A stretch of DNA of 64,000 nucleotides from Myxococcota bacterium (GTDB lineage: Bacteria; Myxococcota_A; UBA796; CAJQPC01): assembly GCA_036012755.1 (NCBI GenBank), contig DASCPX010000016.1, positions 32,001-96,000 of the forward strand, read 5' to 3'. This document shows, one piece after another, positions 41,617 to 51,628 of the stretch (position 1 is the stretch's first letter; each line of letters opens with the position of its first letter). Made by a program: the position numbers and the translations under genes. A model generated the notes under the pieces. That model was not told the DNA's origin, searched no databases, and saw only the letters and a program-made list of their open reading frames with translations.

Positions 41617-42054
41617 GTGACCTGGGTCTGGAAGCACTTCTCGGAGCTGAGCGTCGACGAGCTCTACGCGCTCTTGCAGCTGCGGGCAGTGGTCTTCGTG
41701 GTCGAGCAGGACTGCGCGTACCTGGACCTCGACGGCGTCGACCCGCTCTGCGACCACCTGCTGGGCTACGACGAGGAGGGTCTCTGCGCCTCCGTACGCG
41801 TCGTGCCGCCGGGGCTGAGTCACCCGGAAGTCTCCATCGGCCGGGTCGTGACCGCTCCCCGGGTGCGAGGTACCGGCCTTGGGCGACCGCTGATGGAAGA
41901 GGCCCTGAGACATGTCGCCGCGAAGTGGCCGGGTCCGATCGCCATCGGCGCCCAGGCTCACCTCAGGCGCTACTACGAGTCCTTCGGCTTCGTGGTCTGC
42001 GACCCCGAGTACGACGAGGACGGCATCCCCCACCTCCCGATGCGCCGGGGCTAG
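41617..42054 (+). CDS. elaA: ElaA-like GNAT N-acetyltransferase
   Basis: FSEL..DELY.LLQLR..VFVVEQ.C.Y.DLD, IGRVV, AQAHL and YDEDGIPH motifs. Confidence 0.9.
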   Translation: MTWVWKHFSELSVDELYALLQLRAVVFVVEQDCAYLDLDGVDPLCDHLLGYDEEGLCASVRVVPPGLSHPEVSIGRVVTAPRVRGTGLGRPLMEEALRHVAAKWPGPIAIGAQAHLRRYYESFGFVVCDPEYDEDGIPHLPMRRG

Positions 42055-42701
42055 GGGCAGGCGCCCCCTGGCAGGAGCCCGGCCTCGCCTTGCTCGATCC
42101 ACCAGGTCCCCGGCTGGGAGTACTCCCCCGCGTAGGGATCGAAGGTCACGCCGTCGTGCTCCACCTGCAGGTGGAGGTGAGGCGTCGAGCTGTGACCGCT
42201 GGAGCCGACCAGCGCCAGCTCCTGGCCACAGCTCACCTCCTCGCCGACGACGACGAGCAAGCTGTCCTTCTTGAGGTGCCAGTAGCGGGTGCGATTGCCC
42301 CCTTCGTGCTCGAGGATCACGTGGTTCGCGACGCCGCTGTGGCCATCACAGTCCACCTCCCCGCCGAGGTCGCCGTGGCAGCGGTCGTAGTGGCCGTCCT
42401 CGACCGACACGACCACGCCGTCCGCCGCCGCGATCACCAGCGTCGAGCCCGCGTCCATCGTGTCGAAGCCGCCCTCGAGCAGGTAGTCCGAGCCCTCGTG
42501 CTCGTCGTAGCAGGCGGGGAAGTGGCGCCCGTCGTAGGCCGTGCAGATCAGCTGCTCGGCGCCCTCGTAGACCGCTGGATCGTGGTCCACGCCGACGGTC
42601 TCGCTGATCAGCTCCGGCTCGGCCAGGGGCAAGGCCAGCTGAAGCGCGGCCCGGGGCACGCCCGAGTCCAGCGGAGGCGTCGTGCAGGCCAACCAGAACA
42701 T
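42051..42701 (-). CDS. M23 family metallopeptidase, putative lipoprotein
   Basis: HEGSD, AAADGVV, YWHL and GSSGHSSTPHLH motifs; starts MFWLAC. Confidence 0.9.
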   Translation of the reverse strand: MFWLACTTPPLDSGVPRAALQLALPLAEPELISETVGVDHDPAVYEGAEQLICTAYDGRHFPACYDEHEGSDYLLEGGFDTMDAGSTLVIAAADGVVVSVEDGHYDRCHGDLGGEVDCDGHSGVANHVILEHEGGNRTRYWHLKKDSLLVVVGEEVSCGQELALVGSSGHSSTPHLHLQVEHDGVTFDPYAGEYSQPGTWWIEQGEAGLLPGGACP

Positions 42702-42708
42702 CGCCCCC

Positions 42709-43545
42709 ATGCTACGTGGAGGCGTGCTCTGGCTGCTCGGGTTCGTCTCCGTCTACCCGCCGCCGAAGGTCGATCCCGGCGCCGTCGAGCTGCCGCTGGT
42801 CGAGCACCCGGAGGATCGGCGCCGCCTCTACGTCGAGTGGGAGGGGCGCATCTGGTTCCTCGACACCGGCTACGCCTCGACGACCTGTGACACGGACTTC
42901 GTCGACGAGCTGGGGTTGCGACGCCGCAAGACCCTGTCCTGGTCCAAGGGCTCCGGAGGGCTCGTGCGCCTGGAGGCGACCCGGCTGCCGGCCTTCGAGC
43001 TCGGCGAGGCCCACATCGGCGAGCTGCGCTGCGCGGTCCGGGACCTCGGCTCGACCTCTTCGATCCCGGACGACGTCGCCGGCGTGCTCGGCATGAACCT
43101 GCTCGGTCGCTTCGTCTTGGAGGTCGACCTCGTAGACGAGGTCATCCGCCTCCACGACCCCTCCACCTGGACCGAGGAGGGCATGGAGCTGCGCAGGGAC
43201 TTCGGCTCCTGGCGGCTGAAGGCACCGGTCACGACCGCCGAGGACACGCGCTGGGCGCTCCTGGACACCGGCGCCACCGGCACCTGGCTCGAGGCAGCCA
43301 AGATGGACCTGGAGCTCCGGGGCTCGGACGTCATCCCGGTCACCGGCACCGGGGGGACCACGGTCATGGAGGTCCGCTACTACCGGGCAGAGGGGCTGGG
43401 CATCGGCGGACTGCCCGCCGAGGGGCTCGTCGTCGTCCGCGAGCGAGACCGCGGCAAGGAGCTCGTCGGCATGGACATGCTCTCCAGCTACGAGGGCTTC
43501 TGGATCGACGTCCGCGAGGCCGAGCTGGGTCTCAGTCCTCGCTGA
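42709..43545 (+). CDS. Two-domain retropepsin-like aspartyl protease
   Basis: FLDTGY...GVLGMNLL and LLDTGA...LVGMDML; start at 42709 or 42724. Confidence 0.85.
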   Translation: MLRGGVLWLLGFVSVYPPPKVDPGAVELPLVEHPEDRRRLYVEWEGRIWFLDTGYASTTCDTDFVDELGLRRRKTLSWSKGSGGLVRLEATRLPAFELGEAHIGELRCAVRDLGSTSSIPDDVAGVLGMNLLGRFVLEVDLVDEVIRLHDPSTWTEEGMELRRDFGSWRLKAPVTTAEDTRWALLDTGATGTWLEAAKMDLELRGSDVIPVTGTGGTTVMEVRYYRAEGLGIGGLPAEGLVVVRERDRGKELVGMDMLSSYEGFWIDVREAELGLSPR

Positions 43546-43927
43546 GGAGGAGCTCGATGGTCTGCTGGTCGGCGTCCGGGAACTCGTAGTCCCTGAAGTC
43601 CTCTGGCTTCACCCAGACCACCTGCTGGACGTGCTTGGCGAAGGGCTCCAGGCCCGCCAGCTCTGCGTGGTAGACGCGCAGGTCCAGGTTGTAGCGCTCG
43701 TACTCGTGGGTCACCTGGAGCGACAGCCCACCGATCCGCACGCTGGCGCCGATCTTCTCCATCAGCTCTCGCTGGAGGGCCTCTTCGTCCGACTCGCCGG
43801 GCTCGACCTTGCCCCCGGGGAACTCCCAGAGCCCGCCGAGCACCGCCTCTTCGCGGCGCTGGGTCAACAGGTACAGGCCTCCCCGTTCGATCTGGCAGGC
43901 CACGACGCGGACACAGGGCTTGGACAC
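43532..43927 (-). CDS. MutT-type Nudix (d)NTP pyrophosphohydrolase
   Basis: WEFPGGKVEPGES.EEAL.REL.E Nudix box and FPDAD; GTG at 43927. Confidence 0.9.
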   Translation of the reverse strand: MSKPCVRVVACQIERGGLYLLTQRREEAVLGGLWEFPGGKVEPGESDEEALQRELMEKIGASVRIGGLSLQVTHEYERYNLDLRVYHAELAGLEPFAKHVQQVVWVKPEDFRDYEFPDADQQTIELLLSED

Positions 43928-43970
43928 GGCGCCGGGGTATAGCACAGGCCGGTTCTGTTGAGGATGACCA

Positions 43971-46334
43971 ATGCTGCTCCTGCTGCTCAGCTGTACGATG
44001 ATGACCCTCATGACCCAGGGGCGCAGCCTCCCCGAGCTGGACGGCCGTCTCGAGGCTCCTGGGCTCGCCGGAGACGCCCGGATCATCCGTGACGAGCGCG
44101 GCATCCCCCACATACGCGCGAACAGCGAGGCGGACGCTGCCTTCGCCGTCGGCTACGCCCACGCCCAGGACCGCCTCTTCCAGATGGACCTCGCCCGCCG
44201 CCTGGCCTACGGAGAGATGTCCGAGCTCCTCGGCGCCGACATGGTGGAGCTGGACATCTTCATGAGGAGCCTCGGCCTCAGGGAGCACGCCACCGGATCA
44301 CTCAAGTCGCTGGACCCGGACGCCCGCTTCGTGCTCGCGGCCTACGCCGCCGGTGTCAACGCCGGACGTGACGCGGCGAAGGTCCCCCCCATCGAGCATC
44401 GCCTCCTCAAGGAGCGCAGGGTGGCCGAGTGGACGCCGATCGACTCGATGGCGATCGCCTACCTCAACTCCTGGTGGCTCTCCCGGAACCCGGAAGAGGA
44501 ACTCTTCGCCTGGCTCCACCGCAAGGAGCTCTCTCGAGAAGACCTCGACGCGCTCTTCCGCTTGCAGCCCGAGACCCCGAAGGCCGACCCATACTGGGAG
44601 GGCCTGCGAAAGGTCCGGGCAGGGGACTTCACGGAGCCCTTCGACACCTTCCTCGAGATGATGACCGGCTACGGCGTGCCCGCCGCGTCGAACAACTGGG
44701 CCGTCTCCGGCGAGCGCAGCGCGGACGGCATGCCCATCCTCGCCAACGACCCGCACCTGTCGCGCTCGGTGCCCGCGACCTGGTACATCCTCGACGCAAA
44801 GGGTGGCGCCTGGCACGCTGCGGGCGGCACGGTGCCGGGCCTGCCCTGGGTGGTCGTCGGTCACAACGAGACCATGGCCTGGGGCGCCACGAACACGATG
44901 GCCGACTACGTCGACTTCGTCGTCCTCGAGCGCGAGGGCCAGATGGAGTACTACCTGGCGGGAGAGAAGAAGCGGCTCCACGAAGAGACCGTCGAGATCG
45001 TCGTGAAGGACGAGGAGCTCCCTCGCACGGCCACCGTCTACCTCACAGATGTCGGCCCGGTCGTCACCGAGCTCGCCGGCACGCACATCCTGGCGATGCG
45101 CTGGAGCGCGCTGCAGAGCGTCGACCTCTCTCCCCAGTTCATCCGCAGCCTCAACCTCGCCCCGAGCGTCGCCGCAGCCCGCGAGATCGACCACACGGCC
45201 TCGTCGACCTCGTTGAACCTGGTCCTCGCGGACGACCAGGGCGACATCGGCTGGCAGGTCACCGGGCTCGTGCCCAAGCGCATGGCCCACACCGGGCGCC
45301 TGCCATACCCGGGCAGCTCCGAGCACCACGGCTGGGAGGGCTTCTGGGATGAGCTCCCGGGCGAGCTCAACCCGGAGCGAGGCTACGTCGCCACCGCCAA
45401 CGACTACCCCTCGGAGTACCTCCCGCTGGAGTCCGAGGAGACCGACGCGACAGAGGACGACGAGGGGGACCCGCGGCAGCTCGCCACACCCGACGAGGTG
45501 AGCAGCAGCTACATCCTGCCCTGGCGGATCGACCGCATCCGCGAGCTGCTCGAGGCCACCGAAAAGCACACGGTCCAGACCTTCCAGTCCCTGCAGATGG
45601 ACAAGCGCGACAACCACGCCGCCGCCCTGGTCCCGGAGCTCCTCGGCGACATCGACACCAAGACGGAGGGCGGGGCCTGGGTCCAGGAGCAGCTGTTGGC
45701 CTGGGACTTCGTGGCGATGCCGCGGGGCTCGGAGGAGCTGCTGTGGGCCGAGTTCAACAAGCAGCTCGTGCGCTACGCCCTGGAGGACACCCTGTCTCCA
45801 GAGGGCATCGAGGACTACATGTGGGCCGCCACGGTCGGGGGCTCCGTGATCGAGGTCGAGGGAGGCCTGGCCCACTTCGTCGAGGACACGGACATGGCCC
45901 GCCGCGCGGCGCTGTTGGAGACCCACAAGGCGCTCACCGCGAGGCTCGGCGAGAGCACCTCGAACTGGCGCTGGGAGAACGTGCACCCGCTGCACTTCGA
46001 TCACCCCTTCCAGGCCTCTGGCGCGCCCTCGACCTTCAGCGCCGGCACCGTGGACGACCACGGCTCCTCTCCCGCGGCGGTCAACCCGGGGGGCTACTCC
46101 TGGTCCAAGGAGAGCTACGAGACGACCTGGATCGCCAGCATGCGCCTGGTCGTGCCGCTCTCCGACGTCGGGCAGGCGATGGTCGTCCTCCCTCCAGGCC
46201 AGTCCGGACAGCCCGGCAGCGACCACTACCAGGACCAGCTGCGCTTCTGGAAGAAGGGGGAGCTGTTGCCCCTGTGGTTCCATGACGCCGACGTCGAGCG
46301 TGAAGCCGCACACACCCTGGAGCTGACGCCATGA
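43971..46334 (+). CDS. Penicillin acylase family Ntn-hydrolase (AHL-acylase-like)
   Basis: RDERGIPHI, GYAHAQDRLFQMD, SNNW (beta-subunit Ser), ANDPHL and GQSG.P.S.HY.DQ motifs. Confidence 0.93.
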   Translation: MLLLLLSCTMMTLMTQGRSLPELDGRLEAPGLAGDARIIRDERGIPHIRANSEADAAFAVGYAHAQDRLFQMDLARRLAYGEMSELLGADMVELDIFMRSLGLREHATGSLKSLDPDARFVLAAYAAGVNAGRDAAKVPPIEHRLLKERRVAEWTPIDSMAIAYLNSWWLSRNPEEELFAWLHRKELSREDLDALFRLQPETPKADPYWEGLRKVRAGDFTEPFDTFLEMMTGYGVPAASNNWAVSGERSADGMPILANDPHLSRSVPATWYILDAKGGAWHAAGGTVPGLPWVVVGHNETMAWGATNTMADYVDFVVLEREGQMEYYLAGEKKRLHEETVEIVVKDEELPRTATVYLTDVGPVVTELAGTHILAMRWSALQSVDLSPQFIRSLNLAPSVAAAREIDHTASSTSLNLVLADDQGDIGWQVTGLVPKRMAHTGRLPYPGSSEHHGWEGFWDELPGELNPERGYVATANDYPSEYLPLESEETDATEDDEGDPRQLATPDEVSSSYILPWRIDRIRELLEATEKHTVQTFQSLQMDKRDNHAAALVPELLGDIDTKTEGGAWVQEQLLAWDFVAMPRGSEELLWAEFNKQLVRYALEDTLSPEGIEDYMWAATVGGSVIEVEGGLAHFVEDTDMARRAALLETHKALTARLGESTSNWRWENVHPLHFDHPFQASGAPSTFSAGTVDDHGSSPAAVNPGGYSWSKESYETTWIASMRLVVPLSDVGQAMVVLPPGQSGQPGSDHYQDQLRFWKKGELLPLWFHDADVEREAAHTLELTP

Positions 46335-46705
46335 GCGAGGAGCTGAAGACCCGGCACGGCTGCCTGACCGCCTACCTGATCATCATGATGGTCATGAACT
46401 CGGCGATGTCCCTGGCCTACCTGGCGGCAGGGGACTTCTTCCTGGAGTTCATGCCCGGGGCCCCTGGCTGGTCGATGCCCGTGCTGGCGGTGATGGGAGG
46501 GATCAACCTCGCCTGCGCCATCGCCCTGTGGAGCTGGAAGAAGTGGGGCTTCTACGGCTTCTGCGGCTCGGCGGCGATCACCCTGGTCATCAACCTCTCC
46601 ATCGGCATCGACCCCGGCCAGTCCATCGCCGGGCTCGCCGGCGTCATCGTGCTGTACTTCGTGCTCCAGACCGGCGAGCCGAAGGCCTGGACGCTCCTCG
46701 AGTAG
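46331..46705 (+). CDS. Small 4-TM membrane protein
   Basis: RHGCLTAYL, WKKWGFYG; four hydrophobic helices. Confidence 0.75.
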   Translation: MSEELKTRHGCLTAYLIIMMVMNSAMSLAYLAAGDFFLEFMPGAPGWSMPVLAVMGGINLACAIALWSWKKWGFYGFCGSAAITLVINLSIGIDPGQSIAGLAGVIVLYFVLQTGEPKAWTLLE

Positions 46706-47167
46706 TCAGGAAAACAGGCTCCGCTGGCGGGCCTCGAACTCCAGCAGCCAGCGCTTCACGGCCAGGCCCCCGGCGTAGCCCGTCAGCTGTCCCTTGCTGC
46801 CGATCACCCTGTGACATGGCACCACCAGCCAGATGGGGTTGTGGCCATTTGCCGAGCCCACCGCCCGCGCCACGCTGCCGAGCTCGGCGGCCAGGGCGCC
46901 GTAGGAGGAGGTGGTCCCGTAGGGGATCTCCAGCAGGCGATCCCACACCCGCCTCTGGAAGTCCGTCCCCGCCGGCGCCAGCTTCAGGTCGAAGACCCGT
47001 CGCTGTCGACCGAAGTACTGGCCGAGCTGCTGTCTGGCCTCCGGGTAGGCCTCAGCCTCGATCACCCAGGCGGGATCTGGCTCTCCGAGGGTCAACACCG
47101 CGATGGCGTCGCCATCACCCGCTACATACGCGGTCCCCACCGGGGTCTCCAGACGGCAAGCGATCAC
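46706..47167 (-). CDS. ogt: Methylated-DNA--protein-cysteine methyltransferase
   Basis: GTDFQ..VW..L..IPYG, RAVG.AN..NP, PCHRV and GYAGG motifs. Confidence 0.93.
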   Translation of the reverse strand: MIACRLETPVGTAYVAGDGDAIAVLTLGEPDPAWVIEAEAYPEARQQLGQYFGRQRRVFDLKLAPAGTDFQRRVWDRLLEIPYGTTSSYGALAAELGSVARAVGSANGHNPIWLVVPCHRVIGSKGQLTGYAGGLAVKRWLLEFEARQRSLFS

Positions 47168-47703
47168 CTGAGCTCATCCAACATCTCGGCGACCCCGAGC
47201 TCCTCCGCCCAGACCTCGAGGTACTCCCAGTCGAGTTCGGAGGCTTCCAACACTCCAGCTATGTCCCGTTGCTGACGCTCAGAGGGACTGCGTCTGCTCC
47301 AGAGCAGCTTGGACAACACCGAGTCCTCCGCCGACTGGACCCACACCTCCAGCCCAGCTGTCCGCACCACGACGCGCCTCCGAAAAGCCGTCGCCGCGTA
47401 GCTGCTGGGTTTCTGGACGATCAGATCGACCTTCCACATCGTCTTCTGGTCGATGAGGTTGAACTGGCGCCGCTCGCGCAGGGCCCGCCGAGCGGTCTCG
47501 GCGTCGAAGTACCAGTCCTCCTCTCTCAGCTCACCGAGCAAGCGCTCCAGTGCGTCGGCGTCGGCCTCGATCACCAGATCGACGTCGAGCGTGGTTCGCG
47601 ACCGGCCGTGAACCGAGCTCGCGACCGACCCAACGACCATGTAGGCCAGCCTCGCCCGGTCGAGCTCCTCGACGACCCGACCGAGGGAGACGAAGACGCT
47701 CAC
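47164..47703 (-). CDS. Nucleotidyltransferase-fold protein, putative MenT/AbiEii-like toxin
   Basis: YMVVGSVASSVHG..RTT.DVD, KVDL, SAED.VLSKL and ERQQRD motifs. Confidence 0.75.
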   Translation of the reverse strand: MSVFVSLGRVVEELDRARLAYMVVGSVASSVHGRSRTTLDVDLVIEADADALERLLGELREEDWYFDAETARRALRERRQFNLIDQKTMWKVDLIVQKPSSYAATAFRRRVVVRTAGLEVWVQSAEDSVLSKLLWSRRSPSERQQRDIAGVLEASELDWEYLEVWAEELGVAEMLDELR

Positions 47704-47930
47704 GGCGCGACGCGACTGGCAAGCTCGTCGCCGAGCACCAGGCGAGCGAGCTCCTGCCGGATCTGCTCCTCCGTCCACTCGGGGTGTCGGTGGACGATGC
47801 CGTCCCGCGTGAGCTGCCGGGCGTCGTCACACATCTGCAGCGTCAGTCGAAGCCGCTCCGACGGACCCGCCCGACGCAGCAGTGCCACCTGGACGGCCCA
47901 GGCCTCTTCAGAGGTGTCGCGCGGTCTCAC
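47700..47930 (-). CDS. Small helical protein, putative antitoxin (Rv0078B/MenA1-like)
   Basis: 76 aa; RR..PSERL.....M.........GI..RHPEW.EE pattern; overlaps the NTase start by 4 nt. Confidence 0.65.
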   Translation of the reverse strand: MRPRDTSEEAWAVQVALLRRAGPSERLRLTLQMCDDARQLTRDGIVHRHPEWTEEQIRQELARLVLGDELASRVAP

Positions 47931-47939
47931 GTCTTCAAC

Positions 47940-49283
47940 CTACTGCACCCAGACGGTCTTGACGTTCACGAACTCCCGAATGCCCTCGACCCCCAGCTCG
48001 CGGCCGTAGCCGCTCTTCTTCACGCCGCCAAAGGGGAAGCGAGGGTCGCTGCCCGGGATGCGGTTCAGGAAGACACCGCCGACCTCGAGGCGCCTGGCCA
48101 GGCCGAGCGCGGAGGGGACATCAGCGGTCCAGATGCTCGCTGTGAGGCCGTAGGCCGAGGCGTTGGACAAGGCGAGGGCCTGCTCGAGATCCGAGAACGC
48201 CGTGACGGCGGCGACGGGGCCGAAGGTCTCCTCGTCGAAGACCCGCATGCCCTCTCGCACATCGACGAGCACGGTGGGGGCGTAGACGAGCCGCTGTCGG
48301 CTTCCACCGCAGAGCAGGCGAGCGCCGGCGGCGACGCTGTCCTCGACCTGCGCCCCGAGGGTCTCGACGAGGTCCTCGCGGGCCAGGGGACCCAGGCGGC
48401 AGCTGGCTGAGCTCGGGTCCCCGACCTCCAGCGCCTCGAAGGCGGCCACCAGGCGCTGGCCGAAGTCCGAGGCGACGCGAGACTCGACGAGGAAGCGCTT
48501 CGCGGCGCAGCAGCTCTGGCCGTTGTTCTGGATGCGCGCGGCGACCGCGCCGGCGACCGCTGCGTCGAGGTCCGCGTCGGCGAACACGATGAAGGGGTCG
48601 CTGCCGCCGAGCTCCAGGACACACTTCTTCAGGGCCGCCCCGGCGACCGAGGCCACCGCCGAGCCCGCCCGCTCGCTGCCGGTGACGGTCACGGCCGCGA
48701 CCCGCGGATCCCGGATGAGCGCGGGGACCTCGTCCACATCCACGATGACGAGGGACATCGCGCCCTCTGGAAAGCCGGCCTCCAGAGCGAGCGATTCCAG
48801 GGCTTTGGCGCAGCCGAGGGTGTTCGGCGCGTGCTTGATGAGCATCGTGTTCCCGGCCATCCAGGCCGGAGCGCCGAAGCGCAGCACCTGCCAGTAGGGG
48901 AAGTTCCAGGGCATCACAGCCAGCACGACCCCCAGGGGATCGAAGCGGACGTGGGCCTCTGGCGCCCCCGTCGGAGCTGGGGCCAGCAGCTCTTCCGCCC
49001 GCTGAGCGTAGTAGCGGCAGACCGTCGCGCACTTGTTGACCTCGCCGATAGCCTCTGAGATCGGCTTCCCCATCTCTGCGGTGGCGAGCGCTCCAAGGGC
49101 CTCGGCCCGCTCCTCGAGCAGCTCGCCGAGGCGTAGCAGCGGCGCCCCGCGCGCCGCAATCGACCGGCCCTGGTTGGCTGTCTGCGACTTGGCACAGAGC
49201 TGCAACCGACGCTCTACTTCTCCCGCGCTGTGCGCGGCGTGCCGGGCTAGGACCTCTCCGGTCCAGGGGTTCACGCTGCGCAT
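47940..49283 (-). CDS. NAD(P)-dependent succinate-semialdehyde dehydrogenase (Sad/GabD-like)
   Basis: MPWNFP, TGSE, LELGGSDP, NNGQSCCAAKR, EETFGP and PFGGVK.SG.GRE motifs. Confidence 0.92.
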   Translation of the reverse strand: MRSVNPWTGEVLARHAAHSAGEVERRLQLCAKSQTANQGRSIAARGAPLLRLGELLEERAEALGALATAEMGKPISEAIGEVNKCATVCRYYAQRAEELLAPAPTGAPEAHVRFDPLGVVLAVMPWNFPYWQVLRFGAPAWMAGNTMLIKHAPNTLGCAKALESLALEAGFPEGAMSLVIVDVDEVPALIRDPRVAAVTVTGSERAGSAVASVAGAALKKCVLELGGSDPFIVFADADLDAAVAGAVAARIQNNGQSCCAAKRFLVESRVASDFGQRLVAAFEALEVGDPSSASCRLGPLAREDLVETLGAQVEDSVAAGARLLCGGSRQRLVYAPTVLVDVREGMRVFDEETFGPVAAVTAFSDLEQALALSNASAYGLTASIWTADVPSALGLARRLEVGGVFLNRIPGSDPRFPFGGVKKSGYGRELGVEGIREFVNVKTVWVQ

Positions 49284-49337
49284 GGGACACCCGCGTCGAT
49301 CTGCGCGTTATCGTTCAAGTAGATCAAGGAGAGCCTC

Positions 49338-49913
49338 ATGATCCGCTCCTTCCTCAAGAAGGGACTCGGCAGGATTCTGGGCGGCCGCTCGAGCGCCCCG
49401 CCGCAGCCCAAGCCCTACCCCTTCAAGTACGAGGGCGCCAAGAAGCCCGCCAAGAAGGCAGCCCCCCCGCCGGCGGAGGTGAAGCCGCCACAGCCAGAAC
49501 CGGTGGAGGCCGCGCCCGAGACGCCAGAGGAGATCGAACTCCTCTCCGTCGGAGAGCTGCGCAAGCGCCTCGCGGCCAAGGGCATCAAGCCCCGCTCGAA
49601 GGCCCGCAAGCCGGAGCTCCTCGACATGCTCGCCGCAGCCAGCGGCGGCGGAAACGGGGACGAGGACGCGGCGACGCCTCCAGGGCTGGACCGGGACGCG
49701 GTCCAGGAGCTCCTCGACGACATGGTTCGCCCGGCCCTGCAGGCCGACGGCGGCGACATCCTGCTCGTCGAGGTCGTCGGCACGGACGTCCACGTGCGCC
49801 TCGTCGGCGCCTGCACGACCTGCCCCTCCTCCGTCATGACCATGAAGATGGGCGTCGAGGCCCTCTTCAGAGAGGAGTTCCCGGGCTTCGGAGAGCTCGT
49901 CCAGGTGAACTGA
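49338..49913 (+). CDS. NifU/NfuA-like protein with an N-terminal Pro-rich linker and Rho-N/SAP-like helical motif
   Basis: VRPALQADGGDI...GACTTCPSS..T.K.GVE; LSVGELRK.L..KGI....KARK.ELL. Confidence 0.85.
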   Translation: MIRSFLKKGLGRILGGRSSAPPQPKPYPFKYEGAKKPAKKAAPPPAEVKPPQPEPVEAAPETPEEIELLSVGELRKRLAAKGIKPRSKARKPELLDMLAAASGGGNGDEDAATPPGLDRDAVQELLDDMVRPALQADGGDILLVEVVGTDVHVRLVGACTTCPSSVMTMKMGVEALFREEFPGFGELVQVN

Positions 49914-49998
49914 GCGTCGACCGGTCGCGGCAGCACCTTCCAACCTACCGTGACATCGGGTTCCGACGCGATCTGGCCAGAACGGACGTCCAGCCTGC

Positions 49999-51622
49999 TC
50001 AGCGCGCGCCGCCGTGGAACAGGAAAGCGGCCCCTTCCCCGTGCTGCTCGTCGTCGAGGGTGGTGTCTGTGAAGGGGGCGCCGATCAGCAGGTCGCCGAA
50101 GCCGTCGCCGTTGTTGTCCCCGATGCCGGCGACGGAGGCCCCGAAGGCGGAGCCCAGGTGCTGGCAGGCGTAGGTGTCCTCTTCGCAGTGCTCGAAGGCC
50201 GGGTGCGCCCCGGTGAGCCAGCCCTCCGCGTCGTCGGGGGTCAGCGTGCCGGAGAGCGGACCGAAGAACAGCCAGGCGATGCCTCGCTCGTCGTCGTAGG
50301 CGGGCTCGCCCGCGACGTCGAAGCTCGGACCGGTGGCCCATGAGGGGGTTGGCGCCCACTCCAGCTCGACCTTGGCCAGGGTGTCCTCGAGATCCTCCGA
50401 CTCGAGGCGGGCATCTATGACGCGTAGCTCGTCGGGTATGGCAACATCGTAGCTCACCAAGAGCATCGTGAGCTCGGGAAGGCCATCACTGTCGTAGTCG
50501 GAGTCGACTTGGACGGGTGGGTAGTTCCTGGAATCGTAGAAGAGGACGGCAAGGTCCTTGGGCCAAACCTCCTGACCGACAGCAGTCCTGTCAGCCTCTG
50601 ACGGCGCAATTGGGGCAAGTGGTCCCTTGAACAGGCGGGCCCCAGGCCCGTAGAGTTCCGCGTAGTCGGCGCTCGGGACGTATTGAGCAACACAGAGGAG
50701 ATCCAAGAACCCATCCGCGTCTACATCGGACAGAACGAAGTCCCCGCCAAACCTATCCTCTACGGAACCAAGCCATAAATCAGAGTGCGTCTCCTCTTCG
50801 AACTCGACATCTGCGGCGAAAGGCCCGTAGAACAGCGCAACATAGCCGTAATGGTCCCAGTCCCCTCCATAGCCTGCAACCATCAGGTCCCACTCCCCAT
50901 CGAGATCCACATCTCCGACCACCGCCCCCCCCCCCGAACTTCCCATCGCCGGATGTCTTCCCGATCGCCATGCCCGCTCCAAAGCCGTCTTCGGCAGAGT
51001 GGTTCCCCTCGAAGTGCGTGACGAGGTGGACTGCCCCTCGAGACCAACCCTGGTGACTGTCGGCGTTTCCGACGGCCAGCATCCCCTCCGCCCAGGACAG
51101 TGACAGGTAGCCGGGATGCTCGAAGGCGTATGCTGCATCAGCGAGTGCAGCCGTCCCCGCTAGGGGCCCGACGAACAGGTGATAGTCATCGTTCCGGTCG
51201 TCCCCGCGCACGATGAAGTCCTCCGCCCCGTCTCCATCCAGATCGGACACACCGTAGACCTCGATCCCGGTCCACGGGCTCAGCGCCGACTGACCCATCG
51301 TGTACGCGCCCCAGATCTCGGCCGCCGGCTCTCGCGAGACGATCCCCCCGAAGTACTGGCAGTCCGTGTCGGCCTCGCCGTTGCAATCGTTGTCGATGCC
51401 GTCGTCACACAGCTCCGGCAGGGTCGGGGCCCGATCCGGGTCCTCGTCGTCACAGTCTTCTGAATACGGACTCCCGTCTCCGTCCACGTCGACCAGGTCA
51501 GAGCCGTCACAGTCCTGGTCGACGCCGTCGTAGGGGACCTCCTCGGCCTCCGGGTTGATCGAGGCCTCGCCGTCGTCACAGTCCGTGGCGTCCGCGACGT
51601 GGCCCTCGGGGGCTTCGCACCC
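49999..51622 (-). pseudogene. FG-GAP/integrin-alpha-repeat protein with MopE-like motifs; 5' end missing and frameshift in the C11 run at 50925-50935
   Basis: DCDD....NP.AEE..YDGVDQDCDG motifs; GDVDLDG, DVDADG and GDNNGDGFGDLLIGAP repeats split across two frames. Confidence 0.78.
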
Positions 51623-51628
51623 GCCCCG

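Noticed and set aside
30556..47167. fpg, mutS2, Nudix and ogt as a DNA-repair island
   Set aside because: They are scattered among unrelated genes and do not form an operon
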